Source: an uncultured bacterium
Lineage (GTDB): Bacteria; Babelota; Babeliae; Babelales; RVW-14
NCBI GenBank assembly: GCA_963759805.1
Contig: CAVXAT010000010.1
Span: forward strand, 1 to 51,992
Length of the DNA stretch: 51,992 bases
Direction: 5' to 3'
A model generated the notes under the pieces. It saw only the letters and a program-made list of their open reading frames with translations. It was not told the origin of the DNA and searched no databases. Within the stretch, counting starts at the first letter, position 1. Every line of letters begins with the position of its first letter. This document shows, in pieces, positions 1 to 9,849 of this stretch. Both the position numbers and the translations under genes were made by a program.

Positions 1-55
1 TATTTAAGGTTTTTTGCTTATAATTAATGTCATATTATTAATCCTAGGGGAATTT

Positions 56-868
56 ATGAATTTTCTGCGTCTTTCGATGCTATATCTTGCTTTTTATTCA
101 AGCATGATTTCTCAAGCATATCCTATGACCGAACAGGCTGTGAAGATGTCGATCATTTTTGATTGCGATGGCGTCTTAGTTGATACCGAACATCTTAAAT
201 TTCTTGCATGGCAGGAAGCTTTTAAACAATACGAAATTGCCTTTGAACAAAAAGAGTATCTCCCTCTTGTTGGATACTCGAGCAAACACATTTTTGACAG
301 TCTTATTCAACAAAAAAATGTAACTCTTCCAGAAAATTTTATAGATCAAAAGGATACTATATATCAAAAACTTCAACACACAGGTGTACCAAAATTTACT
401 GGGGCAATCAGGTTTGTACAAGAACTTGCTGTGAAAAAGAGAGCGCTTGGCATTGTTTTGGGTCTTGCATCATCTGCAGGACGTGAGGAGATTATGGCCA
501 ATCTTAAGCAAATTGGTTTGGACACAGTCTTTGATGTGGTTGTTTCTGGCCACGATGACCTTGCTGAATATCCTGACCCAACAGGAACCAATAAACCGAA
601 GCCATACATCTATAAAAAAACAGCACAACTTCTTGGAGTATGGCCATCACGATGCATTGTGTTTGAAGATACTAATGCTGGGATTGTGGCTGCTGTGAGT
701 GCAGGCATGATTGCAATTGCTGTACCAAATGCCTATACACGTACACATGATTTTTCTCTGGCAACACAGATTCTTGATTCGTTTGATGCGATTTCAGTTG
801 ATAATGTTGTTAGTATATTTAAGATAGATAAAAAATTACCAAATTTAGAGGCTTTAACGACTCAATGA
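56..868 (+). CDS. HAD-superfamily phosphatase (beta-PGM/CbbY-like) with hydrophobic N-terminus
   Basis: Motif I FDCDGVLVD, motif II LASSA, KPKP and VFEDT motifs; ATG at 56 preceded by GGGG; stop overlaps dnaX start (ATGA). Confidence 0.85.
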   Translation: MNFLRLSMLYLAFYSSMISQAYPMTEQAVKMSIIFDCDGVLVDTEHLKFLAWQEAFKQYEIAFEQKEYLPLVGYSSKHIFDSLIQQKNVTLPENFIDQKDTIYQKLQHTGVPKFTGAIRFVQELAVKKRALGIVLGLASSAGREEIMANLKQIGLDTVFDVVVSGHDDLAEYPDPTGTNKPKPYIYKKTAQLLGVWPSRCIVFEDTNAGIVAAVSAGMIAIAVPNAYTRTHDFSLATQILDSFDAISVDNVVSIFKIDKKLPNLEALTTQ

Positions 869-2646
869 ATAATTTGAATCTTGCCAGGAAATGGCGACCC
901 AAAACATTTGATCAGATTGTTGGTCAGCAGGTCTCTGTCCGCATGCTGCTCAACGGTCTTTTTTTAAATAAACTTTTTCCAGTATATCTTTTTGCCGGCC
1001 AGAGAGGTTGCGGAAAAACCACAACCGCGCGTGTTTTTGGCGCCGCCGTAAACTGTCAAAATTTGAATAAATTTCAGAGTGATCCCAACGGTAATAAAAT
1101 TCCCTGTCTTGAATGTGGTTCTTGTAAATCAATGCTGCAGGGCAATCATCCGGATTTTATTGAGATAGATGCTGCATCTCACACAGGTGTAGACAATGTT
1201 CGTCAGATAATAGAGTCATCATCATACATGCCGCTTTTAGGCCAGAAGAAAATATATCTGATTGACGAAGCGCACATGCTTTCAAAGGCAGCATTCAATG
1301 CATTATTAAAAATTTTGGAAGAACCGCCCGCATCAGTGTTGTTTATCTTGGCAACAACAGAAATTCCAAAGGTTCCCGCAACTGTTCTATCACGTTGTTT
1401 TCAGGCAATTTTCGCGCCTATTGAAAAAACTGAGCTAGTAAATCACATAAAATCGATCTGCACGCAGGAAAATATCTCAATTGAGGACGCTGCGATTGAG
1501 TTGATAATTGCAGAGACTGAAGGTTCTGTTCGTGATGCCATAAACTTACTTGAGCGAGTTCGTTTCTCTCAAAGCGTAGTGACATCAGATACGATTTTAA
1601 ATGTTCTTGGCAAAATTAGTTCGCAAGAACTTTGTCTGCTGTTTGATTTCCTGCTTGATCAAGATCCACCAAAAGTTTTAACACAGCTTGATGCCATGAA
1701 TTTTCAGAGTTTATCAGCGCAAAATCTTTGGGATATGCTGGTAGAGCTTTGCAGGGCGTTGCTTTGGATAAAGTATGGGGTTAAAGAGTTAAAGACAGGT
1801 TTAAGTCAAAATTATGCTGAGCTAACTAATTTGGCCAAAAAATGTTCAATTAACAGATTACATGCCATATTCCAGTTGCTTTGGAGCCAGGAGGATCTGT
1901 TTTTAAGAACAAACAAAAAACATATTTTTTTAGAGATGGTTTTGCTGCAAATTTGTGAGCAGACAAACATTGCTGATTTACATGAGCTTTTGAGTGCGGT
2001 CAAAAATGCAAGTAAAGGTGTAATTTTTTCTAGCGGCTCAGGTGCTTCCAACGGATCAGCTTCTAGCGGATCCATTTCTGGTGGTTTAGGAGCTTCCAGT
2101 GGCTTAGATGTTTCTAGCGAGCCAAGTGCTGCCAACGGTTTATCCGGGCAAGACTTGGTAGAAATCACAAATACTGACATGTCCAGCCCTTCATCTCAAG
2201 TTGCTCCAACGCCAACTGTTTTATCCAATCCCCAGTGGAGCTCTTTTTTGCAAAAAATTAGCGACTCGGATGATCCGATGCTTAACTCGATTCTTGCCCA
2301 AGCTAAGTTCATAAAATTTGATGAAAGTTCTAAAAAAATTGATCTGCAGCTTAGCAATAACAGCCGTTTTTTCAAAGACAAGATTGATGAAACCAAAGAC
2401 CAGTGGCTGGCAAAATTGCAGGGTTGTTTTGATCAGTGTGTTGGTTTTAATTTGATTGATGCTCCTGAGCAGATCAAGCCTCAACCTGCAAAGCAGGTTA
2501 TGCCGGCATCGCGCCCAACTATGCCTGCAAATACTTCATTTCGGTCTACGGATAACACTATCATAAATATTAAAGATAAAGACAAATGGCCGTTGGCAAA
2601 TTTGATTACAAGCCATTTTCCAGGGGTGGTCAAAAAGTCTGACTGA
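865..2646 (+). CDS. dnaX: DNA polymerase III subunit gamma/tau
   Basis: LARKWRPKTF N-terminus, Walker A GQRGCGKTT, Zn cysteines, EIDAAS, IDEAHMLS...AFNALLKILEEPP, SRC motif. Confidence 0.97.
   Translation: MNNLNLARKWRPKTFDQIVGQQVSVRMLLNGLFLNKLFPVYLFAGQRGCGKTTTARVFGAAVNCQNLNKFQSDPNGNKIPCLECGSCKSMLQGNHPDFIEIDAASHTGVDNVRQIIESSSYMPLLGQKKIYLIDEAHMLSKAAFNALLKILEEPPASVLFILATTEIPKVPATVLSRCFQAIFAPIEKTELVNHIKSICTQENISIEDAAIELIIAETEGSVRDAINLLERVRFSQSVVTSDTILNVLGKISSQELCLLFDFLLDQDPPKVLTQLDAMNFQSLSAQNLWDMLVELCRALLWIKYGVKELKTGLSQNYAELTNLAKKCSINRLHAIFQLLWSQEDLFLRTNKKHIFLEMVLLQICEQTNIADLHELLSAVKNASKGVIFSSGSGASNGSASSGSISGGLGASSGLDVSSEPSAANGLSGQDLVEITNTDMSSPSSQVAPTPTVLSNPQWSSFLQKISDSDDPMLNSILAQAKFIKFDESSKKIDLQLSNNSRFFKDKIDETKDQWLAKLQGCFDQCVGFNLIDAPEQIKPQPAKQVMPASRPTMPANTSFRSTDNTIINIKDKDKWPLANLITSHFPGVVKKSD
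2028..2146 (+). repeat. Degenerate 15-18 nt tandem repeats encoding the Ser/Gly linker of DnaX
   Basis: Units ttctagcggctcaggtgc / ttccaacggatcagc / ttctagcggatccat / ttctggtggtttaggagc / ttccagtggcttagatgt / ttctagcgagccaagtgc. Confidence 0.6.
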
Positions 2647-2655
2647 TTTGTACTC

Positions 2656-3300
2656 TTAACTAATGTGTGGTCCATCCAATATTAACAACATTGGTGTCAA
2701 TATTGCTAATATTTCATCACACTCATTTAAAAATTTTATCCCATCCTTAGGATTGTCGAATCCGACACCCTGATCGGCTAAAATGCTACTTAATAATTGA
2801 AAAAAATGCTCTTGGGTGATGCATTTGATGCTGCATAGCAAAAGGTTAATATAAGCCCAAGCTTCTTCTCTTGCTTGCATATCACTTAAATTGCTATCTA
2901 ATTTTTCAAGTGCACATCGAATTATCAGAAGAATGTCCCCTTGCTTTCTTGCTGTTAAGAATTTTTTAATTCTAATTTTTGTTTTATTAGAAATGTTAGG
3001 ATTTTCTGGGAAACAGCTGATTATAATAAAGATAAAATTATTAAGATAATGTGTACGTTTTAGCCGTTTATAAGTAGGTGGAAACGAAGGGCTACGTGGA
3101 AGATTACTAATAGATGGAAACTTTACACAAGAAGACCTATTATTAGTAGGGGAAAATGAAGAACCGTCAGTAGAGGGAAGATCGTAAAGAGGGGGAAACT
3201 TGACGCCAACCTTGGCACAATAAGAATTGTTAAACAAACAAACAAGAAACACAACAATCAAATTATCTTTTACCCAAAGGGGGAAAAAAATATTAAACAT
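2656..3300 (-). CDS. Hypothetical protein, probable signal peptide, Ser/Pro-rich internal duplication
   Basis: 214-aa ORF overlapping the phospholipase stop; VKFPPLYDLPS..SFSPT and VKFPSISNLPRSPSFPPT repeat. Confidence 0.6.
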   Translation of the reverse strand: MFNIFFPLWVKDNLIVVFLVCLFNNSYCAKVGVKFPPLYDLPSTDGSSFSPTNNRSSCVKFPSISNLPRSPSFPPTYKRLKRTHYLNNFIFIIISCFPENPNISNKTKIRIKKFLTARKQGDILLIIRCALEKLDSNLSDMQAREEAWAYINLLLCSIKCITQEHFFQLLSSILADQGVGFDNPKDGIKFLNECDEILAILTPMLLILDGPHIS

Positions 3301-5182
3301 TTAATCTACCTCTTTTCTGTTCGATCTTGTGCCGAATTGCATCAAAGATTAGTTTTTGGTTGTCAATTATATTCTGTCGTATTAAGCCACTCATTTTCTT
3401 GACGTCCTTACTGTTGTAGATAAATTTTGATGTATCATAAGTAGTCTTCATCTCATTTTTAGGATCAAACTTTGCATCGTAATTTGTATTTTTGACCGGA
3501 GCCAAAAATATTATCGTTGGAGTTGCCGCGTTGCTTTCATCTGTAAATACACTTACTTGCTTATCTGTAATTGAATTAAAATCTATCTTAGGTAATGGTA
3601 TTCCCCTAGATTTAGCATATTCGACCGCTTTTTGCAATGCAGGCGCATTTTCGTGAACACTTGCCGAGGCATCCATAACAATTATAATATCAACTTTTCG
3701 TTCTTTTTTCAAAAGAGGAGGAAGTGGCAAATTGAAGTCATATCCGGCATCCATCAAAGTAAGCCTTTCAAGGTTTCGGACAGAGGCGCCGGTAACCCCA
3801 TGCAATGGATTGAAAACTCTTACAGCCGCAACTCTGGCAACACCAATGTGTGTCTCAACAAAAATATTATTTAGCGCTTTGAAGAGAGTTTTGGATAGCG
3901 TGCCTTTTTGTGTTTCCATCATATTGTTTACCGAGCCAGAACCTGCCGACCCCCATACTCCCATCAAAAATCCAAGTGTTTGTTCCGGTGCAAAATCGGT
4001 TGATACTCCATTTTCAAACTTTCGGCCCAAGGCCCAAATTGGAATGTACATATTAAAATCATCGATTCCAAACTCATAAGGCGTAAATGTTGCCCAATGC
4101 AAGTCGCTGCCTTTAATTTGAATCGCTGTGTAAATTGGGAAAAAACAGTTTCCTCCGATTAGACGACGTTGAGAGTCAGATAAACGAATCTCTTGTCTTG
4201 CAAAATTATTGGAATTTATATTATTAAAAAATGTCTGTGCCAAAAATACCCCGTACAAATCGACAATACTGGTGTGCTGGTCAAAAACGTATTTTGGCCA
4301 TAAAACATGTGCAAGATCTGCCGGACTAAAAACGTGTGGCTTTGAAAGTGCATCTATAAAAATTGAGGAATATTTGTCGATCGGTAACCCAAGTTCTACA
4401 GAACTGGCCAATGTCCAGGTTGATCCTGACAGTCCCGCGGCATAAGTAAGTGCGTCACGCAGTTTAATAGCATCCAATCCCTCAAACAAACCCTCTGCCG
4501 TTGTTGCAGCACGCATTCCACCACCGCTCATACAAACGGCAATTCGAGGAACTTCGGTATCATTGATGCTTGTTCCAAGAAGTTTCTCCAATTTTTGTTT
4601 AACCTTTGGCATTCTTTGAGTTAAGAAATTTATCTCTTCATTTGCAAGGCCTGGCCCCTGGCGAACATAGGCCGTTTCTTTTCCGTAACGATGTTTTGAT
4701 GCATTGTTACGTAGATCTTCAGTCATTCTGTTAAAAATTTTGTGTGCCGCGGAAATTATCGGTGCGATAACTTTCCATTCAATATCACAGTAGCCATGTA
4801 ATACATTATCCTTTTCCGCAATGTGGAACGTGGATCCATATTTCATGCCCACAGGAGTTTTTCTCATTAATTTATACTCGTTAGCGCTAAATTTATTCTT
4901 AAGAGCTCCATTTTCATCTGAAAAAATGATTTCACGATTGGTTTTTATCTTAAAATCCGATCGGCTTAATTTAGCCATCCCGTTTGCGGTAATTTGTACA
5001 ATACTGTTCTGTAACTCTGCATCCCCAACGCTTTTCCCTAATAAATTTTCCTTAAGTCTATAAACTCCGGCCCAAACCGGCGTATCTGTGTGATTTATGA
5101 TAGTGATATCGTCCGCACATAAATTGATATGCTGCAAACTAAACAGTATTGCTATTGCCAAAAAATGAGATCTATTAGCCAT
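3293..5182 (-). CDS. Cytosolic phospholipase A2 / lysophospholipase (PLA2_B-type) catalytic domain protein with signal peptide
   Basis: RIAVCMSGGGMRA oxyanion motif, GLSGSTW nucleophile elbow, FTPYEFG, LGFLMGVWGSA, LMDAG catalytic Asp, RKVDIII. Confidence 0.9.
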   Translation of the reverse strand: MANRSHFLAIAILFSLQHINLCADDITIINHTDTPVWAGVYRLKENLLGKSVGDAELQNSIVQITANGMAKLSRSDFKIKTNREIIFSDENGALKNKFSANEYKLMRKTPVGMKYGSTFHIAEKDNVLHGYCDIEWKVIAPIISAAHKIFNRMTEDLRNNASKHRYGKETAYVRQGPGLANEEINFLTQRMPKVKQKLEKLLGTSINDTEVPRIAVCMSGGGMRAATTAEGLFEGLDAIKLRDALTYAAGLSGSTWTLASSVELGLPIDKYSSIFIDALSKPHVFSPADLAHVLWPKYVFDQHTSIVDLYGVFLAQTFFNNINSNNFARQEIRLSDSQRRLIGGNCFFPIYTAIQIKGSDLHWATFTPYEFGIDDFNMYIPIWALGRKFENGVSTDFAPEQTLGFLMGVWGSAGSGSVNNMMETQKGTLSKTLFKALNNIFVETHIGVARVAAVRVFNPLHGVTGASVRNLERLTLMDAGYDFNLPLPPLLKKERKVDIIIVMDASASVHENAPALQKAVEYAKSRGIPLPKIDFNSITDKQVSVFTDESNAATPTIIFLAPVKNTNYDAKFDPKNEMKTTYDTSKFIYNSKDVKKMSGLIRQNIIDNQKLIFDAIRHKIEQKRGRLNV

Positions 5183-5383
5183 AATTACAACCCTTTCCCT
5201 TTTTATCGAAAATAACTTGCTTTAATATGTTTGCAAATCATGAAAAAGATCAATAGTTTAAGCAAACTTGCTGGATATTATCCTTTTTTGCAAGTAGAAG
5301 ATTGAAAAAGATACTATTAATATGTTATGTATTATTAGCAGCTGTTAGTAAAAGATATTTTATAAAAAAGGGGAGCTTTTAAG

Positions 5384-5611
5384 ATGAATATCTCTAGAAT
5401 TTTTAAAAAAATATTAAGCTGGAGTATCGTATTTTTGCTAATTTTTTTAATCGGTTACATTGGCTACAGAGTTTACGGTGTTGCGGTTGAAAATATTGCC
5501 AAAAGGGTAAGACGAGAAGTTTCTAGCGGAATAGTTGATACTATCAATCCGTTGAAATGGCCTGGGAAAATTTTTGGGCATAGGCACAAAAAACAGGAGG
5601 GTGATAACTAA
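5384..5611 (+). CDS. Small single-TM hypothetical protein
   Basis: RBS GGGGAG upstream of ATG; one hydrophobic helix. Confidence 0.6.
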   Translation: MNISRIFKKILSWSIVFLLIFLIGYIGYRVYGVAVENIAKRVRREVSSGIVDTINPLKWPGKIFGHRHKKQEGDN

Positions 5612-5618
5612 AGAACTT

Positions 5619-6311
5619 TCATATCTTCAGAATTTTTATTGTTGCATTCCATTCTTGTAGCGACATATCCCCCGGAATTTTTATTGTATCGATTACTGCA
5701 TTCCATTCTTGCAGGGGAACGAAAAGCTCACAATTAATAGCTGCAAGAAATATGACTTCCAACTTGTCGAGTTCTTTTGTGTTAATTCCACCAATTCTGG
5801 CATAAACTTCGTTGCTATAAAATTTGTCATCATAATATTTTATGGCTACAACAACCGCTGTAAAAAATAGTCGGTGAAATGAAAATTTATGAAAAATGTT
5901 TGGTTTTTGGGTTTTATTAATCAATCTTTCAATGTATATTAGTGCTAAGACATAACAGGCATACGAACATTCTAAATATATTAACATGCGGTCCAAATAA
6001 GCATCTGTAGAGATGACTTTTGGTGTATTCTTATTAAAAAAAATTTGAAATTCTGGTGGTATTTTACTCAAATCAAAATTTGCTGGAGTGGGGGTGGAAT
6101 TAGTTGGTGGGGCGTCGTTAATCATGCATAGAACCGTTCTTTTCAATCCCAATTTAAACCAATTTGACAATCTTAGTCTGGCATCGGAATAATGTGGGAT
6201 TTGCTCTTCGGAGGGTTGTGGAGTTGGCTCCGCCCCATATAATGGCAGCATGCCCATAAAATTAAAAAATAAAAAGAGCCAAATTCGTGGCAATAATGTT
6301 TGGTGTGCCAT
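5619..6311 (-). CDS. Eukaryote-like cyclin (PHO80/Pcl/plant U-type cyclin box) with signal peptide
   Basis: YLDRMLIYLECSYACYVLALIYIERL...HRLFFTAVVVAIKYYDDKFYSNEVYARIGGINTKELDKLEVIFL matches the PHO80-type cyclin box; ATG 6311 has GGAAGG RBS. Confidence 0.88.
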   Translation of the reverse strand: MAHQTLLPRIWLFLFFNFMGMLPLYGAEPTPQPSEEQIPHYSDARLRLSNWFKLGLKRTVLCMINDAPPTNSTPTPANFDLSKIPPEFQIFFNKNTPKVISTDAYLDRMLIYLECSYACYVLALIYIERLINKTQKPNIFHKFSFHRLFFTAVVVAIKYYDDKFYSNEVYARIGGINTKELDKLEVIFLAAINCELFVPLQEWNAVIDTIKIPGDMSLQEWNATIKILKI

Positions 6312-6488
6312 TGCGGTGCCTTCCATTTGAATATTGTAAATAATTACATGCGTCATTAATATATACATAAGTTTTTAAATTTGAAGTGGAGTGTTTTAAG
6401 CCAGTAAAAAAACTTATTTTAGCATCTCTTGATTCAGTATCTATGGATTAGTTATAATTCAATAAATTAAGAAAAGGGAGTATGTATT

Positions 6489-7040
6489 ATGGTAAAAAAA
6501 ACTTTGACAAAAAGGTCTTTTTCTTTATCCAAAGTCTACCAGTTGCTTGAACCCGGACCGGTTGTGATGATTACGACTTTCGATGGGGAAACGGCTAACA
6601 TTATGACAATGTCCTGGCATATGATGATCGATTTTGAGCCGCCACTTTTAGCATTTGTGATGAGTGATCAAAATTATTCATTCAATATTTTAAAAAAGAC
6701 CAAAGAGTGTGTGATTAACATCCCAACTGTGGAGTTAGCTTTAAAAGTTGTGGGTGTTGGTAATACAACCGGATCAAAGGTCGATAAATTTAAAAAGTTT
6801 AAGTTTACCAAAGAAAAGTCATCTCAAGTTAAAGTACCAATGATAAGCGAATGTTATGCGAATCTTGAATGTAAAGTCATCGACATGAAAATGGCAGCAA
6901 AGTACAATATCTTTATTCTGGAGGCTGTTAAAGCATGGGTTGCGCCATCCCAAAAAAGACCGCTTACAATACATCATTGTGGCAATGGTGTTTTCACTGT
7001 TGATGGTAGGGTGATCAAGTTGCCTTCAAAGAAGAAGTGA
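6489..7040 (+). CDS. Flavin reductase-like (split-barrel FMN-binding) protein
   Basis: PGPVVMITT, NIMTMSWHM, ECVINIP, G..TGSKVDKF, P.ISECYANLECKV. Confidence 0.88.
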   Translation: MVKKTLTKRSFSLSKVYQLLEPGPVVMITTFDGETANIMTMSWHMMIDFEPPLLAFVMSDQNYSFNILKKTKECVINIPTVELALKVVGVGNTTGSKVDKFKKFKFTKEKSSQVKVPMISECYANLECKVIDMKMAAKYNIFILEAVKAWVAPSQKRPLTIHHCGNGVFTVDGRVIKLPSKKK

Positions 7041-7129
7041 TGTCAGGTTACTCATTATCGCAACTAATTTACGTTGTCTACAATAATAGATAAATTAATT
7101 TTTTGGGGATTTATTGGGGGATTTATTTT

Positions 7130-8389
7130 ATGAGTGCTACAAAATTTTTTATCTTAAGTACGTCTTTATTTATGATTTTTGCGTTTGATTACGCAGCTAT
7201 TCAGAGACCACCCCACCCTACAAGGCATTCTGCAAGGCGTGAGGCCATGGCCCATATTGCTGCTATGAGAAGAGCGGCCGCCGCAAGAGGTAGGGGTGTT
7301 GGTCCGACTGCCGGAAGAGCTATGCCTGCCCAAAGAGGTGCGGCAGCTGTGAGCGGGGCGGATGCCGATTTACAGGCGGCATTAGCGGCCAGTATGCAGG
7401 ATTTTAGTCTTCAATCTAGGAATAAGGGACTTGAAAACTGTGGCAACGGTTGTTATTTCAATTCTTCGCTTCAGGCGTTATCACACCTGGATACATTCAA
7501 TGCACTGCTTACGTCGCGTTTGGATGATAAGGATGATTTTATTGTTCAATGTTACATGGGTTTATTAGAGAAGATAAAGGGTGCTGGCGTTATAAAATGT
7601 TCGGAAAAATTGCCATTGGGAATAGAATTTAAAGATTTTTACAGCAGTGTTGGGGCGCGTTTTTTTCCAAGCTCCATTGGAAAAGAACAGGATGCAGGCG
7701 AGATGATAGTTAGATTTTTGGATTTGGTGTTTATGGGACGTGCCAATTTAAGGGATTTATTTAATACAGAAATTTCAACAGAAGTACATGGAATTGGCAT
7801 TGCATTGCCAAGTGGTGAATATATTTCCAAATGTACTCACGGTTTTTCACGACAAGAAGATGCGATACTTTTGTCACTTCCGATTCCGGATCAGAAGGAG
7901 CCATACGTATTATACGATAGCCTAGCTCATTACTCAGATTATAATACGATTGATTGGAATTGTGGCGTGTGTGGCTCTGTGAAGGCTACGGTGGCGCACT
8001 ACTTGAACAGATTACCGCAGAATTATTTGACGATTCAGTTTAATAGATTTATAGCGAATGTAAAAAAAGGGGTAATGGAAAAGGTTTGCACGCCTATGTT
8101 GTTTCCTTTGTATTTAGAGTTTGATGGACGCAGTGGATTGCTGAGTCATGAGTTGAGACAAGAGTTGCAAGCCGGTGGCCAGAAAATTAGATATGACCTT
8201 GTGGCATTTATTATCCATAGTGGGGATTTCGGTGGTGGGCATTACTGGGCTTACGGAAAGGCTCAGGATGAAAAATGGTATGTATATGATGACCAAAGGG
8301 TGGAAACAAAGGATATAATGGAAATTTTAAATTCCGGTAAGGATGGTGCCGGGACGCCATATATTCTTTTTTATGAGCGGCATGAATAA
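7130..8389 (+). CDS. Ubiquitin-specific protease (peptidase C19/USP) with N-terminal signal peptide and UIM
   Basis: Cys box GLENCGNGCYFNSSLQAL, QDAGE box, His box YDLVAFIIHSG...GHYWAY...WYVYDDQRV, PYILFYER; UIM-like DADLQAALAASMQD. Confidence 0.92.
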   Translation: MSATKFFILSTSLFMIFAFDYAAIQRPPHPTRHSARREAMAHIAAMRRAAAARGRGVGPTAGRAMPAQRGAAAVSGADADLQAALAASMQDFSLQSRNKGLENCGNGCYFNSSLQALSHLDTFNALLTSRLDDKDDFIVQCYMGLLEKIKGAGVIKCSEKLPLGIEFKDFYSSVGARFFPSSIGKEQDAGEMIVRFLDLVFMGRANLRDLFNTEISTEVHGIGIALPSGEYISKCTHGFSRQEDAILLSLPIPDQKEPYVLYDSLAHYSDYNTIDWNCGVCGSVKATVAHYLNRLPQNYLTIQFNRFIANVKKGVMEKVCTPMLFPLYLEFDGRSGLLSHELRQELQAGGQKIRYDLVAFIIHSGDFGGGHYWAYGKAQDEKWYVYDDQRVETKDIMEILNSGKDGAGTPYILFYERHE

Positions 8390-8439
8390 ATTACTGAATT
8401 TTAAAACCATGCAGATTAATCGGTAGAACCTGCGCCATC

Positions 8440-8931
8440 TTATGAGTCGACAGAACTTGTTTCATCTTCTGAATCGGCAGAACTGGTTTCATCTTCTGAA
8501 TCGGCAGAACTGGTTCCAGCGTTCTTTGGTTGTTGCATGGCATCCACGAACCATTTAGGTCCACCAACTAAAGTCCTGCCAATTTGCTTAAAGACAACTG
8601 TATCTGCTTCTTCGGCTGCCTTTTTTCCTTCGGCTTCACTGACTTCTTGTAACCATGATTCGTGGAAGCAGTATCCAAATCCTTCAATTTTGCCGTAATA
8701 AACCTTTCCATTAAGGGGGGGATGTGTCATTAAATAATTTGCAATTACTGGAATTGAAAAAGATTTAGGCGACATTATATCATCGATTCCCCAAATTTGC
8801 TGTGAGGTGCCTTCTATGTGTGCTATTTTCCCTGCATGAGGTCCATTAATTACCTTTGCATATTGCATTGCATATAATGTTTGACCTACCAAAAAAGCTC
8901 CGAATAAACATCCCATTATTTTTGTTTTCAT
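8440..8931 (-). CDS. Secreted hypothetical protein with acidic repeat tail
   Basis: Signal peptide ending TLYA-M; C-terminal TSSADSEDE repeats; RBS AGGAAGG. Confidence 0.7.
   Translation of the reverse strand: MKTKIMGCLFGAFLVGQTLYAMQYAKVINGPHAGKIAHIEGTSQQIWGIDDIMSPKSFSIPVIANYLMTHPPLNGKVYYGKIEGFGYCFHESWLQEVSEAEGKKAAEEADTVVFKQIGRTLVGGPKWFVDAMQQPKNAGTSSADSEDETSSADSEDETSSVDS
8451..8513 (-). repeat. 27-bp tandem repeat (about 2.3 copies) in coding sequence
   Basis: cagaact(t/g)gtttcatcttctgaatcgg repeated on + strand. Confidence 0.85.
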
Positions 8932-8991
8932 TTTTTACCTTCCTGATAATATTATGGCTTCTTTGAAGCCGGGTTTGGTGCTGGAATTTTC

Positions 8992-9849
8992 CTAAGCTGG
9001 GTATCGCTCATTTTTACTTATGGCTGCACACTCCTGTAAAATTTTTTTAATTTTTGATTCTTCAATCTCTAACTGTTTCAACAATGTCCCTTTATTCAGA
9101 AGATCATGACAAAAAACTATGCCCTGGTCAAATAAATTCTGTCTGAGGAATTTTGGCAAAAAAGAGAGACAGGTTATTGGATGCAGCCCCTTTTCATCTA
9201 TTATTTTTTCTAATCCTCTTTCCCTTGGATACGTCCATCCCAAAAGATTGAGGCCAACGCATACGCCGTAATTGATAGCAACGGAGCTAAATTTTGTGTT
9301 GGTGACTAACCAGCAGCCTGTGTATTTAGGATTGCATTTTGGATCCTGAATACATCCAAATTTTACATCGTCGTAACGGGCTTTAATGTATAATGCTGTC
9401 TGGATAGGGCAGCGCTCACTCGGTACTGAATGAAATTTGCATTCGATCATGAGTCGCTCATTTGGTTTTGTTGCAACTATATCCAGCTCATGCACGACAC
9501 ATTTTCCCTTAACCTCTTGGTCAACGGCAATGTTATATCCCTGAGCTTTTAACAGTTCTGCGCAGTACCGTTCAAAGGGAAAACCGCTTGGCCCAAGCAT
9601 TCTGATCGCTTCTTTAAGATTATAGCGACCGCCAACTGATAACAGTTGCATTTGACGAAGTATTTGATGCGTTATTTTATAGAGTTCGTTTGTGGTCATG
9701 CGATCTTTTAGGTGCGGTTGAATTTTTGCTAAAATTTCATCGATCTCAACTTCTGTTGCGCCGGATTTTTGCAATGACCGACAATATTTTTCTTCAGAAA
9801 ATGGTACAATCTCACCGGTTGCTTTAATGATGTTTATCTTTTTTTCCAT
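8992..9849 (-). CDS. ATP-cone domain plus Mrr-type PD-(D/E)XK restriction-endonuclease-like domain protein
   Basis: N-terminal IIKATGEIVPFSEEK..RSL ATP cone; GFPFERY, HELDIVA, MIECKFH, WLVTNTKFS. Confidence 0.82.
   Translation of the reverse strand: MEKKINIIKATGEIVPFSEEKYCRSLQKSGATEVEIDEILAKIQPHLKDRMTTNELYKITHQILRQMQLLSVGGRYNLKEAIRMLGPSGFPFERYCAELLKAQGYNIAVDQEVKGKCVVHELDIVATKPNERLMIECKFHSVPSERCPIQTALYIKARYDDVKFGCIQDPKCNPKYTGCWLVTNTKFSSVAINYGVCVGLNLLGWTYPRERGLEKIIDEKGLHPITCLSFLPKFLRQNLFDQGIVFCHDLLNKGTLLKQLEIEESKIKKILQECAAISKNERYPA

Noticed and set aside
1915..1960. dnaX gamma/tau frameshift at T TTT TTA or the A6 run
   Set aside because: It falls inside the conserved domain III helix, no E. 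coli-type A AAA AAG with hairpin was seen, and T/A runs are common in this DNA.
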